Below, piece after piece: positions 8,901 through 17,353 of a stretch of DNA of 32,000 nucleotides. Made by a program: the position numbers and the translations under genes. The DNA is taken from assembly GCF_000012545.1 (NCBI RefSeq), contig NC_007681.1, positions 870,001-902,000 of the forward strand, written 5' to 3'. Position 1 is the stretch's first letter. Every line of letters starts with the position of its first letter. Under the pieces are notes generated by a model. The model did no database searches. It was given only the letters and a program-made list of their open reading frames with translations, and was not told the DNA's origin. This DNA is from Methanosphaera stadtmanae DSM 3091. GTDB lineage: Archaea > Methanobacteriota > Methanobacteria > Methanobacteriales > Methanobacteriaceae.

Positions 8901-11900
8901 TTAAAGGAAGTATTTGCACTACTTTCATAGTATTTATCATTACCTTCATATAATACAACTACATTATATATGCCTTCTTTTGTTGTTTTATAAGTGTAGG
9001 TATATTTACCCTCATCATTAGTTTTTACTGTAATGTTATTTTCACCAGTAATGGCTATGGTAATCTCAGCATCTTTCATAGGCATATTATATTCATCAGT
9101 AAGAGTACCATTAATAACAATATTATCAAGTGGAACTAAAACAGTTTCTTGTTTATTAACTGTTATGTCAGTTGATATTTTCTTTACATCTAATTTTACT
9201 GTTTTTTCATCACCATTATATGTATCATTACCAGCATATTCAACAGTTAAATCATATAATCCTGCATATGGTGGTGTTGTGGTGTCAAATTTATATAAAC
9301 CATCTTTATCAGTATTTACATTTGTACTAACCCCATTAAATATTATGGTTAAAGTAGCATCTGCAATAGGATTATTATTATTATCCATAAGAGTACCATT
9401 TATATTCAATGGACTGTCAACACGTAATTCATCACTATTTTTAACATTTACTGTAATGGTAGAAGATAATGGTTCTACATCAAAGAAAGTATCATTATAT
9501 GCATCTTCATATATTTTACTACCATCATAAATAACTTTTACAGTATATGTACCAACTGTTGTTGGAGTCCATGTATATGAATACTTACCATTATTATCAG
9601 TTGTTAGATTAAACTCTTCCATACCAGTAATAGACATGGTAATATTAACACCATTTAATACATTACCATTTACATCAGTAAGGGTACCATTAATTGTTTT
9701 TTGTGTGTTTACATCAATGTTTTCCAGTTCAGGATTGATTGATAGTATAGTTCCAAGTTTATTTATTTCAAATATTATATCAGTAGTATTACCATTATAT
9801 TTTGTATCAGTTCCAGCATATGTAGCAGTTAATGTATATTCACTAACTGGTAAATCTGTAATATAAAATTCTGCAGTACCATCATTCCCAGTTATTATTG
9901 TTGTAATACCTTCCATATTACTAATAGTACCATCTATACTTGCATCAGAGATAGGATTACCCTTAGCATCAGTTAAGTTAACTTTAATTATTACAGGCAT
10001 TCCATATGTGTATTGTGTAGTTCCAGTTAATCTTAATGTTGTATTTAATTTTAAAACATTTATGGAAGTTTCTGCTGATGTACTTTCATAAGTCTTATTA
10101 CCATAATATTTGAATGTTATAGGAATATTTTCCCCAACAGTGTCTGCTTTGTATGTGTATGAATATCCACCAGTACTATTGGTAGTTATTAAGTCTCCGG
10201 TAGATACTTCTATTTCTGCACCTTCAATAGGCATACCTTCTTCATCAGTAAGAGTACCATTGATAGTAACATTATCAGTTACTACTACATCTATAGGACC
10301 TTCATCTACAGACATCATAGTTTTCATTTTTGATGTTACATTTATAGTAACTGTTATTTTATCACCATTATATGTATCATTACCAGCATATTCAACAGAT
10401 AGTTCATATAATCTTGGATATTTTGGTGTTTGATCGTAACTAGTGGTATGTGAATAAGAACCATTTTCTGCAGAAATTATTATGTTTCTCTTATTGAATC
10501 TTATAGTCAGTAGAACGTGTTCTGGAGGATTATTGTTATTGTCCAAAATAGTACCACTTATGGTTATTGGAGTGTTAACAAGGAATTCATCACCATCTTT
10601 AATATTTAATGTAATAGTTGTAGTTAATGGATCTACATCACCATATGTACTAGCAAATGCATCACCATATTTATCATTACCATCATAGGTAGCATTTACA
10701 TAAAATGTACCTTTTTTTGATGGAATCCATGTGTATGAATATTTACCATCACTACCAGTTGTATTAGTAACAGAACCTACATCAGTAATATTTAGGTTAA
10801 TAATAGCATTTGCTATAGCACCACCAGTTGCATTAGTAAGAGTACCATTAATAGTTACTGGAGTGTTCACATCAACAACAATATCTAAAGGTTCATTGAT
10901 TGTTAATTCAGTTTCAACTTTATTAACACTTATTATTGTTGAATTAGTACTAGCTGCATATTCAGTAGTTTCTTCAGATTTAGCAGTGAATGTATAGTCA
11001 CGAGCTTCTGATAAAACAGAATTTTGAATCCAGAATTCTACTTCACCATTTTCAGTAGGAGATTCCTCACTAATAAATGTATCACCAAGATAACCAGATA
11101 TCTTTACACCATTGATAGCATTACCAGTAGCATCAACTAATTTAGCAGTGATAACTGTATCTCCACCAATTGTAACTTGAGTTTCTCCTGATAATTCTAT
11201 TCTTGTATCAGTTAGAGTTTTAAGTGATTTAGTAGCTATTTTTTTAGTGTTAGTTTTTACTGTAAGGATAGTATTTCCTTCATTTCTTTCATATAATTTA
11301 TTACCATAAACACAAGTGATGTTATAATTCTTAGGAGTAAAACTATCAGGTACTGTGTATGTTATGGAAGCTATTCCATCAACAACATTACCATAAATAA
11401 TATTACCATTACTATCTCTTAAAGTTCTACCATTAATCTTAAATACTACACGTCCACCATTAACAGGTTTAGTAATAGTTTCTTTATTAGTATCACTTGT
11501 AATTAAAGTATTATTGTCTGATGAGTATGTGGTTTGTTTACTTGTAACTTTAGCTATAAGAGTAACTTCTTTACCCACTTCAACAGTTTGAGGTTCTAAT
11601 TCAATTTCAGGCATTATTTTACTAATATCTAGATCAATAGTACTTAAAGCTGATTGAATAGTACTGGTTCCACTGTATACTGCTGTCATTTTTGTGTTTG
11701 GTTTAATCCAATCACCAGGTATGGTATAATTATTAATTACTGCTTTACCATCTTTAACATTAGCAAAGAGAACATTACCATTAATATCTTTTAAAATTTT
11801 ATCACGAACTTTAAATATTACACGACCACCAGTAATTGGTGTATTATCACTTGTTACTGAAGCAGAAATACTTATTGTATCATTAATCTGAGCAACAGTT

Positions 11901-14900
11901 GGTTCAATGATAATGGTTGTTATTGGTATTACTGCATCTATAATAAAAGAGTCATTACATGGTTTGAATCTGCACATACCACCACCTGAATGATCACCAA
12001 TCCAGTCATATTGGACATAGTTTTCAGTATTTGTCTGATAATATAGTACAATTGTGTAATTGGCTTCTTCTTGTGGACTATATTGCACTGTAGCTGATCC
12101 ATTAGTTACAGGTACTGTGCCTATGATATCATTATTAATTTTTACAGTTATATTACCCTCGTTAACATCTTTAAGCCATACATCAACTACTTTTATATTA
12201 ATATCATTAATTTTACCAACTTTTAATTCCTTATTGGTTATTGTTGTATAAATTGGAAGAGTATTATTACCAGCAGCTGGTAGATTATCCCAAGGATCAC
12301 CTTCCATAGCAGAACTTCCTCGTCTAAATGGTGTTAATAAATAACATTCTTGCTGAGCATACTCAGCACGACTTACTATTATTGGCTGGTCTTCTGGTTC
12401 ATCCACTATAATTATACATCCACACATCCACTCAAGGTTTTCTAATAATACAGGTGTAGAAACATTGGTTTTAACATTAATCTTACAATACCTTGTATCG
12501 TATGGTGAATTTGTGAAATTAATAACTATTGCTTTGTTACCTTCCATAATTATGCGTGAAAATCTTAGATTAATATTAGCTGTTGCATTTGATTCTTCTT
12601 TGAAAAGAACACTATCTCCCTTATTTTTTTGAATTATTGTACAATTATTAAAACGTATATCAAGATGGTATGTATTTCCATACATTTCAAAAGGTTTTAA
12701 TGTAGAAGAAAGGATGAATGTTGCTTCACGTTCATCAGTATTTATAATAGTAATATTGTTTAAGGTAACATTATGTTTATATATAATTGTCGTGTTATAT
12801 AATGTATATTTATGAAGATAATTATTAATTTCTATAAGATCATTACCAATAGTCATGTTTTTATTGTATAAATCAGAACCTAATGTAATTTTTTTTATTC
12901 CACTTTTTATTTCTCCGTTTGTGAAATATTGGTCATAATTTTCTTCTGTGAGAATTATATTTTCTTCTGCTTTTTTAATGCTTTTTATTTGTTGTTTATT
13001 TTTTAATGATTTTAGGTTTATGGTATTGGTATTGTCAGGTCCTGTATTATTTATTAAACTATTATTAAAACATCTTGTTTCTTGTATCGTTGCATCTCCA
13101 TTTCCTTCACTACTTTTAAGTATGTTGTTTTGGATTATTGAATTATTTGTATTTGTTAATAATATTGTATGCTTTAGTGTTGTGGTTATTTTTAGTCCAT
13201 TTATATTTATTTGTTGTGAGTTTGTTATTTGTATTGGTGTTTTTGGCGTGTTTATTGTTGCATTTTCTGTGTAGTTTCCTTTAACTAATATTCCTATGTA
13301 TACATCAGTTGAGTTTGTTATTTGTGTGTATGTTCCGGTATTGTATTTTATTCCATTTGTTTGTTGTGTGTAGTTTATTCCATTTATTGCTACGTTGGAT
13401 GAGTTTATTACATTGAATGCTGTTGATGTACCATTTTGATATGGTGTGAGGAAGCTTATATCAGTGTAGTTTGCTTTGTACATATTAACCATTATTGAAT
13501 TTCCATATAGGTAATATGGACTTGTTGAGTCATTTGATGTGATTATTGTATTATTGGTATTGTATAAATCTACTCCATATACATTGTTTGCTGTTAAATT
13601 CATATTTACTGTTATATTATTATCAGCTGGTATGGTGTTTATTCCACTTATTACTACTCCATATGCATTGTTGGTTGCTGTTATGTTTATTTTTGCATTG
13701 ATGTAGTTTTTATTGGAATCTATTAATTGTATTCCATTTGCATAGTTGTTTGATGTTGTGGTTATGTTGTTTCCAATGATTATGTTTTCATCTGTATTTT
13801 GTAGATTTATTGAGTATGCATAGTCATTTGTTTGTGTTGTTATTGTATTATTTCTAATTAGATTGTTTGTGTGTCTGTTTGTTTTGTTTTGTATTGATAT
13901 TCCATTTATTGTTCCATATGGTTGTGTTGTTGTATTTATTGTTGTTATTTTATTTAATTCTACAATGTTGTTTGATGATTGTATGAGTAATCCTATTGTA
14001 TCTGCAATTCCATAATTATCAGTGTATGTTATGTTGTTGGAAGGTCCAGTTGTTATTATAGTGTTGTTATATATGGTGTTTCTATCATCTGTTATTGTGA
14101 TTGTATGTATTGGTGTGTTTGTATTTACTGTTATATTGTTTGCTTCAATTGTATTGTCTTTTGAATTAACTTTTATTACATAATCTTTATTATTTGTGTT
14201 TTGTATGTTTAGTCCATAGATTGTTACTTTTGCAGTATTATCTACGTATATTGAACAGTTGTTGAGTATGGATGTATTATCATTTGTTATGTATACATTT
14301 ACATTTTTTATGTTGAGTTGTTTGTTATTTAATGTTTGAAGTATTAATTTACTTCCTGTTGGTACATTTTTAATGTCTCCATTTGTATCAAAGAAGTCGT
14401 TATAATTTGCTTCAGTTATTATATAATCACTACCAGTGTTTATTGTATTGTTTTCTATTATATTTTCATTGTTTGCTGTTTTTACTGCTCTGTCTCCAGT
14501 AAATATACTTGCTGTTATACTGTTGTCTGTAATTGTATTGTTGTATGCACTACTTGTTAGTTCTACAACATATGTTTTGTTATATTTTAATGTATTATCT
14601 GTTAATGTATTATTTTTTCCTATTATGTAAATAAATCCTTCAATATTATTATTTGTTATGTTATTGTATCCTTTAAGGTATAGTGCGTGTGATCCTATGT
14701 TTGTTGTTATTTGGTTGTTTCTTATTGTTGTGTTATATTGTCCTAGGTTGTATATTGCAAATGTTGGTGTTGTTCTATCAAAGAAACTTAGTAGTATTGT
14801 TGATGGTTGCATATCTGTGAAGTTTGAGTTTTCTATCACATGTTTCATGGAATTATTGTATGTATTTTCATTTGCTATGTATATTCCAGTACTATTTTTA

Positions 14901-16063
14901 AATACACATTCATTCACATATAGGTTTCCTTTTCCTTGGTATATGTCTGTTTGTTCATTGTTTTCAAATGTACACTTGGTTATGTTTGTAATGAGTGTTA
15001 CTGATCCATTATGTTGGTTGTAGAAGTCTGCACTTCCCGTGTTTGCTGCAATTCCACTTCCAAATTTAAATGTACTTGCAAGGTTGTATGCATGTCCATT
15101 ACGGAATGTTGAGTTTACTATGGTTAGTACTTTATCATTGGTTACTGTTCCCCATCTTGCTGCATTATCTATAAATTGACTGTTATGTATTGTTGCTGTA
15201 CCATTATTGTATATTCCAGCTCCAAAGTTACCTGTACTACTACTTTTACGGTTGGATTCAAATATACTGTTGTTTACAACTAGTGTGGAACCATCATTAC
15301 TTCTTATTCCTGCTCCTACTCCTGCAAGATTTTCATAGAAATATACATTATCTACTTCAAGATTTGCATAGTTATCTATTGTTGCTGTAGGATATGCATT
15401 GATATTGTTTCCACCTTTACTTACCATGTGTTGGAAGTTTAGGTTTTTTATGGTTATTTTACCATTACCTGAGGTTATGTTCATTGCCCAGTTACCTTTT
15501 GTTATGTTGTATGTGTTAAAGTATGGGTCATCTCCCCAAACTGTTCCTCCTTGTATGGTATATTCACTTTCTCCATCAATGATTGTTTGATTTATTCCAT
15601 CACCAATAAAGTTAATGTATTTATTACCATCTATTGTTAGATTTGTATTTCCTGTACCTTTATATGTACCATTTTTAATGTGGATATTGTAATTATCATT
15701 GGAATTTACCTTTCCAACTGCATATCCTATGGTTTTAAAGGGACTGTCTTGACTTCCAGTATTACTATCACTTCCACTATTATCACAGACATAATAGTCT
15801 ACATTACTGGTTTCTTTTTTTATTGTTTTTTTATTATCTGTTTTTTCTTTTGTTTGAATATTTTCACTATTTTTAGATAATACCTTATTATCAGTAGTAT
15901 CTTCTTTTATAACATTACTCATACTTACTTGTTTTTCAACAGTAACTGTTGGTGATGTGGTTGTCGTGTTTGACACATCACCTGCACTTATTGCTGAAAT
16001 ACTAATAAGAAGTAATGATACGAGTATAAGTAAAAATACTTCTTTACTATACTTTTTAAACAT
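5993..16063 (-). CDS. Giant secreted Asn/Thr-rich adhesin-like surface protein (3356 aa): signal peptide, beta-helix region, ~22 Ig-like modules
   Basis: Uninterrupted 10,071-nt ORF in an AT-rich genome. RBS 'agaggt' is present. The N-terminal signal-like segment is 'MFKKYSKEVFLLILVSLLLISISAISAG'. A DUF1565-like entry 'YYVCDNSGSDSNTGSQDSPFKTIGYAV' follows. About 1100 aa of N/T-rich parallel beta-helix-type repeats ('..NNSIFESN..GAGIYNNGTATIHNSQFIDN..') occupy ~12480-15802. An Ig-like module array occupies 5996-12245. Confidence 0.9.
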   Translation of the reverse strand: MFKKYSKEVFLLILVSLLLISISAISAGDVSNTTTTSPTVTVEKQVSMSNVIKEDTTDNKVLSKNSENIQTKEKTDNKKTIKKETSNVDYYVCDNSGSDSNTGSQDSPFKTIGYAVGKVNSNDNYNIHIKNGTYKGTGNTNLTIDGNKYINFIGDGINQTIIDGESEYTIQGGTVWGDDPYFNTYNITKGNWAMNITSGNGKITIKNLNFQHMVSKGGNNINAYPTATIDNYANLEVDNVYFYENLAGVGAGIRSNDGSTLVVNNSIFESNRKSSSTGNFGAGIYNNGTATIHNSQFIDNAARWGTVTNDKVLTIVNSTFRNGHAYNLASTFKFGSGIAANTGSADFYNQHNGSVTLITNITKCTFENNEQTDIYQGKGNLYVNECVFKNSTGIYIANENTYNNSMKHVIENSNFTDMQPSTILLSFFDRTTPTFAIYNLGQYNTTIRNNQITTNIGSHALYLKGYNNITNNNIEGFIYIIGKNNTLTDNTLKYNKTYVVELTSSAYNNTITDNSITASIFTGDRAVKTANNENIIENNTINTGSDYIITEANYNDFFDTNGDIKNVPTGSKLILQTLNNKQLNIKNVNVYITNDNTSILNNCSIYVDNTAKVTIYGLNIQNTNNKDYVIKVNSKDNTIEANNITVNTNTPIHTITITDDRNTIYNNTIITTGPSNNITYTDNYGIADTIGLLIQSSNNIVELNKITTINTTTQPYGTINGISIQNKTNRHTNNLIRNNTITTQTNDYAYSINLQNTDENIIIGNNITTTSNNYANGIQLIDSNKNYINAKINITATNNAYGVVISGINTIPADNNITVNMNLTANNVYGVDLYNTNNTIITSNDSTSPYYLYGNSIMVNMYKANYTDISFLTPYQNGTSTAFNVINSSNVAINGINYTQQTNGIKYNTGTYTQITNSTDVYIGILVKGNYTENATINTPKTPIQITNSQQININGLKITTTLKHTILLTNTNNSIIQNNILKSSEGNGDATIQETRCFNNSLINNTGPDNTNTINLKSLKNKQQIKSIKKAEENIILTEENYDQYFTNGEIKSGIKKITLGSDLYNKNMTIGNDLIEINNYLHKYTLYNTTIIYKHNVTLNNITIINTDEREATFILSSTLKPFEMYGNTYHLDIRFNNCTIIQKNKGDSVLFKEESNATANINLRFSRIIMEGNKAIVINFTNSPYDTRYCKINVKTNVSTPVLLENLEWMCGCIIIVDEPEDQPIIVSRAEYAQQECYLLTPFRRGSSAMEGDPWDNLPAAGNNTLPIYTTITNKELKVGKINDINIKVVDVWLKDVNEGNITVKINNDIIGTVPVTNGSATVQYSPQEEANYTIVLYYQTNTENYVQYDWIGDHSGGGMCRFKPCNDSFIIDAVIPITTIIIEPTVAQINDTISISASVTSDNTPITGGRVIFKVRDKILKDINGNVLFANVKDGKAVINNYTIPGDWIKPNTKMTAVYSGTSTIQSALSTIDLDISKIMPEIELEPQTVEVGKEVTLIAKVTSKQTTYSSDNNTLITSDTNKETITKPVNGGRVVFKINGRTLRDSNGNIIYGNVVDGIASITYTVPDSFTPKNYNITCVYGNKLYERNEGNTILTVKTNTKKIATKSLKTLTDTRIELSGETQVTIGGDTVITAKLVDATGNAINGVKISGYLGDTFISEESPTENGEVEFWIQNSVLSEARDYTFTAKSEETTEYAASTNSTIISVNKVETELTINEPLDIVVDVNTPVTINGTLTNATGGAIANAIINLNITDVGSVTNTTGSDGKYSYTWIPSKKGTFYVNATYDGNDKYGDAFASTYGDVDPLTTTITLNIKDGDEFLVNTPITISGTILDNNNNPPEHVLLTIRFNKRNIIISAENGSYSHTTSYDQTPKYPRLYELSVEYAGNDTYNGDKITVTINVTSKMKTMMSVDEGPIDVVVTDNVTINGTLTDEEGMPIEGAEIEVSTGDLITTNSTGGYSYTYKADTVGENIPITFKYYGNKTYESTSAETSINVLKLNTTLRLTGTTQYTYGMPVIIKVNLTDAKGNPISDASIDGTISNMEGITTIITGNDGTAEFYITDLPVSEYTLTATYAGTDTKYNGNTTDIIFEINKLGTILSINPELENIDVNTQKTINGTLTDVNGNVLNGVNITMSITGMEEFNLTTDNNGKYSYTWTPTTVGTYTVKVIYDGSKIYEDAYNDTFFDVEPLSSTITVNVKNSDELRVDSPLNINGTLMDNNNNPIADATLTIIFNGVSTNVNTDKDGLYKFDTTTPPYAGLYDLTVEYAGNDTYNGDEKTVKLDVKKISTDITVNKQETVLVPLDNIVINGTLTDEYNMPMKDAEITIAITGENNITVKTNDEGKYTYTYKTTKEGIYNVVVLYEGNDKYYESSANTSFNVTKIDSSITIDTIGSVDANSNVNVTGILVDSAQNAISNQEVTITVNNKKYTTTTNGDGKYVVTIMTPVVTGHYDVSASYAGSDVYTMASAQTSMFVKEETGITAEGPISATVNSTITINGTLMDASDNGIANATITVVFEGKDYTTTTNNDGKFTCDIMTTTVGDNIPVTVRYDGNDTYMASSEIISVDVEKLGSELTLNPVNNTDINSTVDVSGVLSEEYTQKAIANSTVTIIVDGISYNTVTDDNGNFKVTIKAAATTGTYTIKASYDGSDLYTPSSDETTFDVEKISSSITIDAIGNVDANSNVNVTGILVDSAQNAIINQEVTITVNNKKYTTTTDNEGKYVVTIMTSLVSGNYDVSASYAGSDVYTMASAQTSMFVKEETSIIAEGPISATVNSTITINGTLIDTKNNGIANATITVTFEGKDYTTTTNGDGKFTCDIMTTTVGDNIPVTVRYDGNDTYMASSEIISVDVEKLGSELTLNPVNNTSINSTVDVSGLLSEEYTQKAITNSTVTIIVDGISYNTVTDNNGNFKVTIKAAATTGTYTIKASYDGSDLYTPSSDETTFDVEKISTKTTVDAVNGVIYEKVNLTAHITDVNGNNVTGGKVVFSINGVEVTDNNGNVIYANVTGGVATITKEAPRVWHKENTTIVATYLGNDAYDDSVSEKADVIITLRTANIDVLTNGTKVKVGDTTSIIAHVYYNNTLVNEGKVIFKLNGKTLKDDDGNIIFVKVENGIAKLDYTITSIYSAKEYTLTAVFSGKDYNRVATESHLTVLRTNTHIQAEMLNITSNNATVSLKIFDEKNNLINRDTKVTVKVNGKTVYNQIIVSNGVANLNLNLPVSSKPYNITIISGENSVYATSTTSFMFKNTVKIPTKVTATAKLVNNKTATVSVKINDNNNKPVTGNTKVVVKLNGKTQANAIAVNGVADIDMIPPTIKGTYTLVVMTGETSIYEKATTTTTLKV
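7175..8884. repeat. Recent tandem duplication, 2 x 855 bp (three Ig-like modules, 285 aa per copy)
   Basis: 'acttattttttctacatcaaatgtagtttcatcactacttggagtgtataagtcac' starts at both 7175 and 8030. The antisense track ORFs 7254/8109 and 7772/8627 are each offset by exactly 855 and differ at only a few residues. The protein copies run 'ITID(A/T)IG(N/S)VDANSNVNVTGILVDSAQNAI...DETTFDVEKIS'. By eye DNA identity is in the high 90s percent. Confidence 0.9.
8885..11205. repeat. Older tandem duplication, 2 x ~1152 bp (four-module block a-b-c-d)
   Basis: A 38-nt exact match 'atcaccattatatgtatcattaccagcatattcaacag' occurs at 9209 and 10361, an offset of 1152. The protein blocks are collinear, for example '..TYDGNDKYGDAF..SVEYAGNDTYNGDKITV..' against '..IYDGSKIYEDAY..TVEYAGNDTYNGDEKTV..'. 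Confidence 0.7.
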
Positions 16064-16610
16064 TATACTAACCTCTTACTGGCTTTGTATTATTATAAGT
16101 AATTCTTTAATTGATAGTACAACTATCCCAAAATAATATTATTAATAAAATATACTTGAAAATTATTAATTAATAGTTTAAAGTATTACTTAATTAATAT
16201 TATTTAAAAGTTATTTTATTTATATTTATGTTTATTTTAATTTTTGAATTTATCTAAAACTTTTTGAATAATCTTGAATTATTCATAAACCATCACTGTA
16301 TTCTAGAGTTTATTAGTACTACAATCACTACTTATTATTCTTATATTTTACTGGCTTGAAGATATGTTACCATGAAGTAATCTTCTATTTATTGTTGGTT
16401 TTTTGTATTTCTTGGTTAACATGGTATATTGTAGTTTATTTTTTTCATCTAGGAGGTTTTCTATTATTTTTGTGTTTATTTTTATTTAATAATCATAAAA
16501 GAAGAACATAAAATATGTACAATATAAAAAAAAATACATACCAATAGTAAAATCATTAGTTAAGTTCATAACACAAATAAAATATAATTATTAATATAGG
16601 AAGTTTAAAT

Positions 16611-17315
16611 ATGAGTCATCTAGATAAAGTAAGAAATAATGTGGTAAATAAGGGAAATTCATATGGTTCAGAAATGGAAATAATTAATGATAAACAAATA
16701 CATGAAGTTATATTACACAGAGGATGTACTTCAAGATTTAGAGAAAATGAACTAATTACATCTGTAATTAGTTGTTTAAATAAAAAAAATATTGATTTTT
16801 CTGTTTTAGATGATGAAACATGTTGTGGAATAATATTATATCTACTTGGTGATTCAAAAACAGCAGATGAAGTAGTAAAAGCTAATATTCAGAAATTCAA
16901 TAGTCATGGTGTAAAAAAGATTATAACAATATGTCCAGGATGTTATGAAGCATTTCATGACTACTATAGTAAACATGAAAATTTTGATATTGAAGTTATT
17001 TTTGCAATGGACTTATTTAATGATGAAACTATAGATGGTGATGGTTATATTATTCATGATCCATGTCATGCACTTGAAAGGTCAACACAAGTAAGATCTA
17101 TAATTAAAAATGTACCCATAGAACGTGCAAATTCCTGTTGTGGATTTGGTGCAGGTTTAAATCTTGGAAGTAAAGAATTAACTAAGAAAATGGCACAGGA
17201 TACACTAAATAAGGGTAATATTGTAACATACTGTCCCTCATGTTACCATACATTAAATAGTGTTGATAACAAAAAAACTACTGATTTTTTCACACTACTT
17301 GATAAAGAATTATAA
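16611..17315 (+). CDS. (Fe-S)-binding protein with two CCG cysteine-rich domains (HdrB/GlpC/LutA-like)
   Basis: The CCG pattern occurs twice: 'ETCCGIILY...ICPGCY' and 'NSCCGFGAGLNLG...YCPSCY'. The protein is 234 aa. Confidence 0.75.
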   Translation: MSHLDKVRNNVVNKGNSYGSEMEIINDKQIHEVILHRGCTSRFRENELITSVISCLNKKNIDFSVLDDETCCGIILYLLGDSKTADEVVKANIQKFNSHGVKKIITICPGCYEAFHDYYSKHENFDIEVIFAMDLFNDETIDGDGYIIHDPCHALERSTQVRSIIKNVPIERANSCCGFGAGLNLGSKELTKKMAQDTLNKGNIVTYCPSCYHTLNSVDNKKTTDFFTLLDKEL

Positions 17316-17326
17316 AAAAAAGTAAG

Positions 17327-17353
17327 ATAAGTAATGTATTCAACATTACTTAT
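17327..17353. terminator. Bidirectional hairpin between convergent genes
   Basis: The 10-bp stem ataagtaatg (17327-17336) / cattacttat (17344-17353) has a 7-nt loop. It is flanked by A8 upstream and T4 downstream. It overlaps the stop codon of the - strand gene (17350-17352). Confidence 0.4.

Larger units (their letters stand above)
5996..12245. repeat. In-frame array of ~22 tandem Ig-like modules of ~95 aa (~285 bp)
   Basis: A recurrent module pattern is visible throughout the translated sequence: '..V.INGTL.D..GN.I.NA.I.V......T.T.(D/N)GKY.......G.Y.V...Y.G(N/S)D.Y..S.....V.K'. Confidence 0.6.

Noticed and set aside
6063-15880. About 25 + strand ORFs of 63-165 aa lie inside the giant gene (for example 9033-9530, 14658-15023 and 12948-13274).
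   Set aside because: All are antisense to one uninterrupted 10-kb ORF that has a signal peptide, an RBS and domain structure. Asn/Thr/Ile/Val codons (AAY, ACN, ATH, GTN) rarely produce stop codons when reverse-complemented, so long antisense frames are expected. Their translations are low-complexity F/L/V/S-rich, and the 'paralogous' pairs (7254/8109, 7772/8627) merely mirror the 855-bp duplication.
16359-16429. Weak inverted repeats lie in the divergent promoter region (gaagat/atcttc and taccatg/catggta).
   Set aside because: The stems are only 6-7 bp with long, irregular spacers. They cannot be distinguished from chance by eye.
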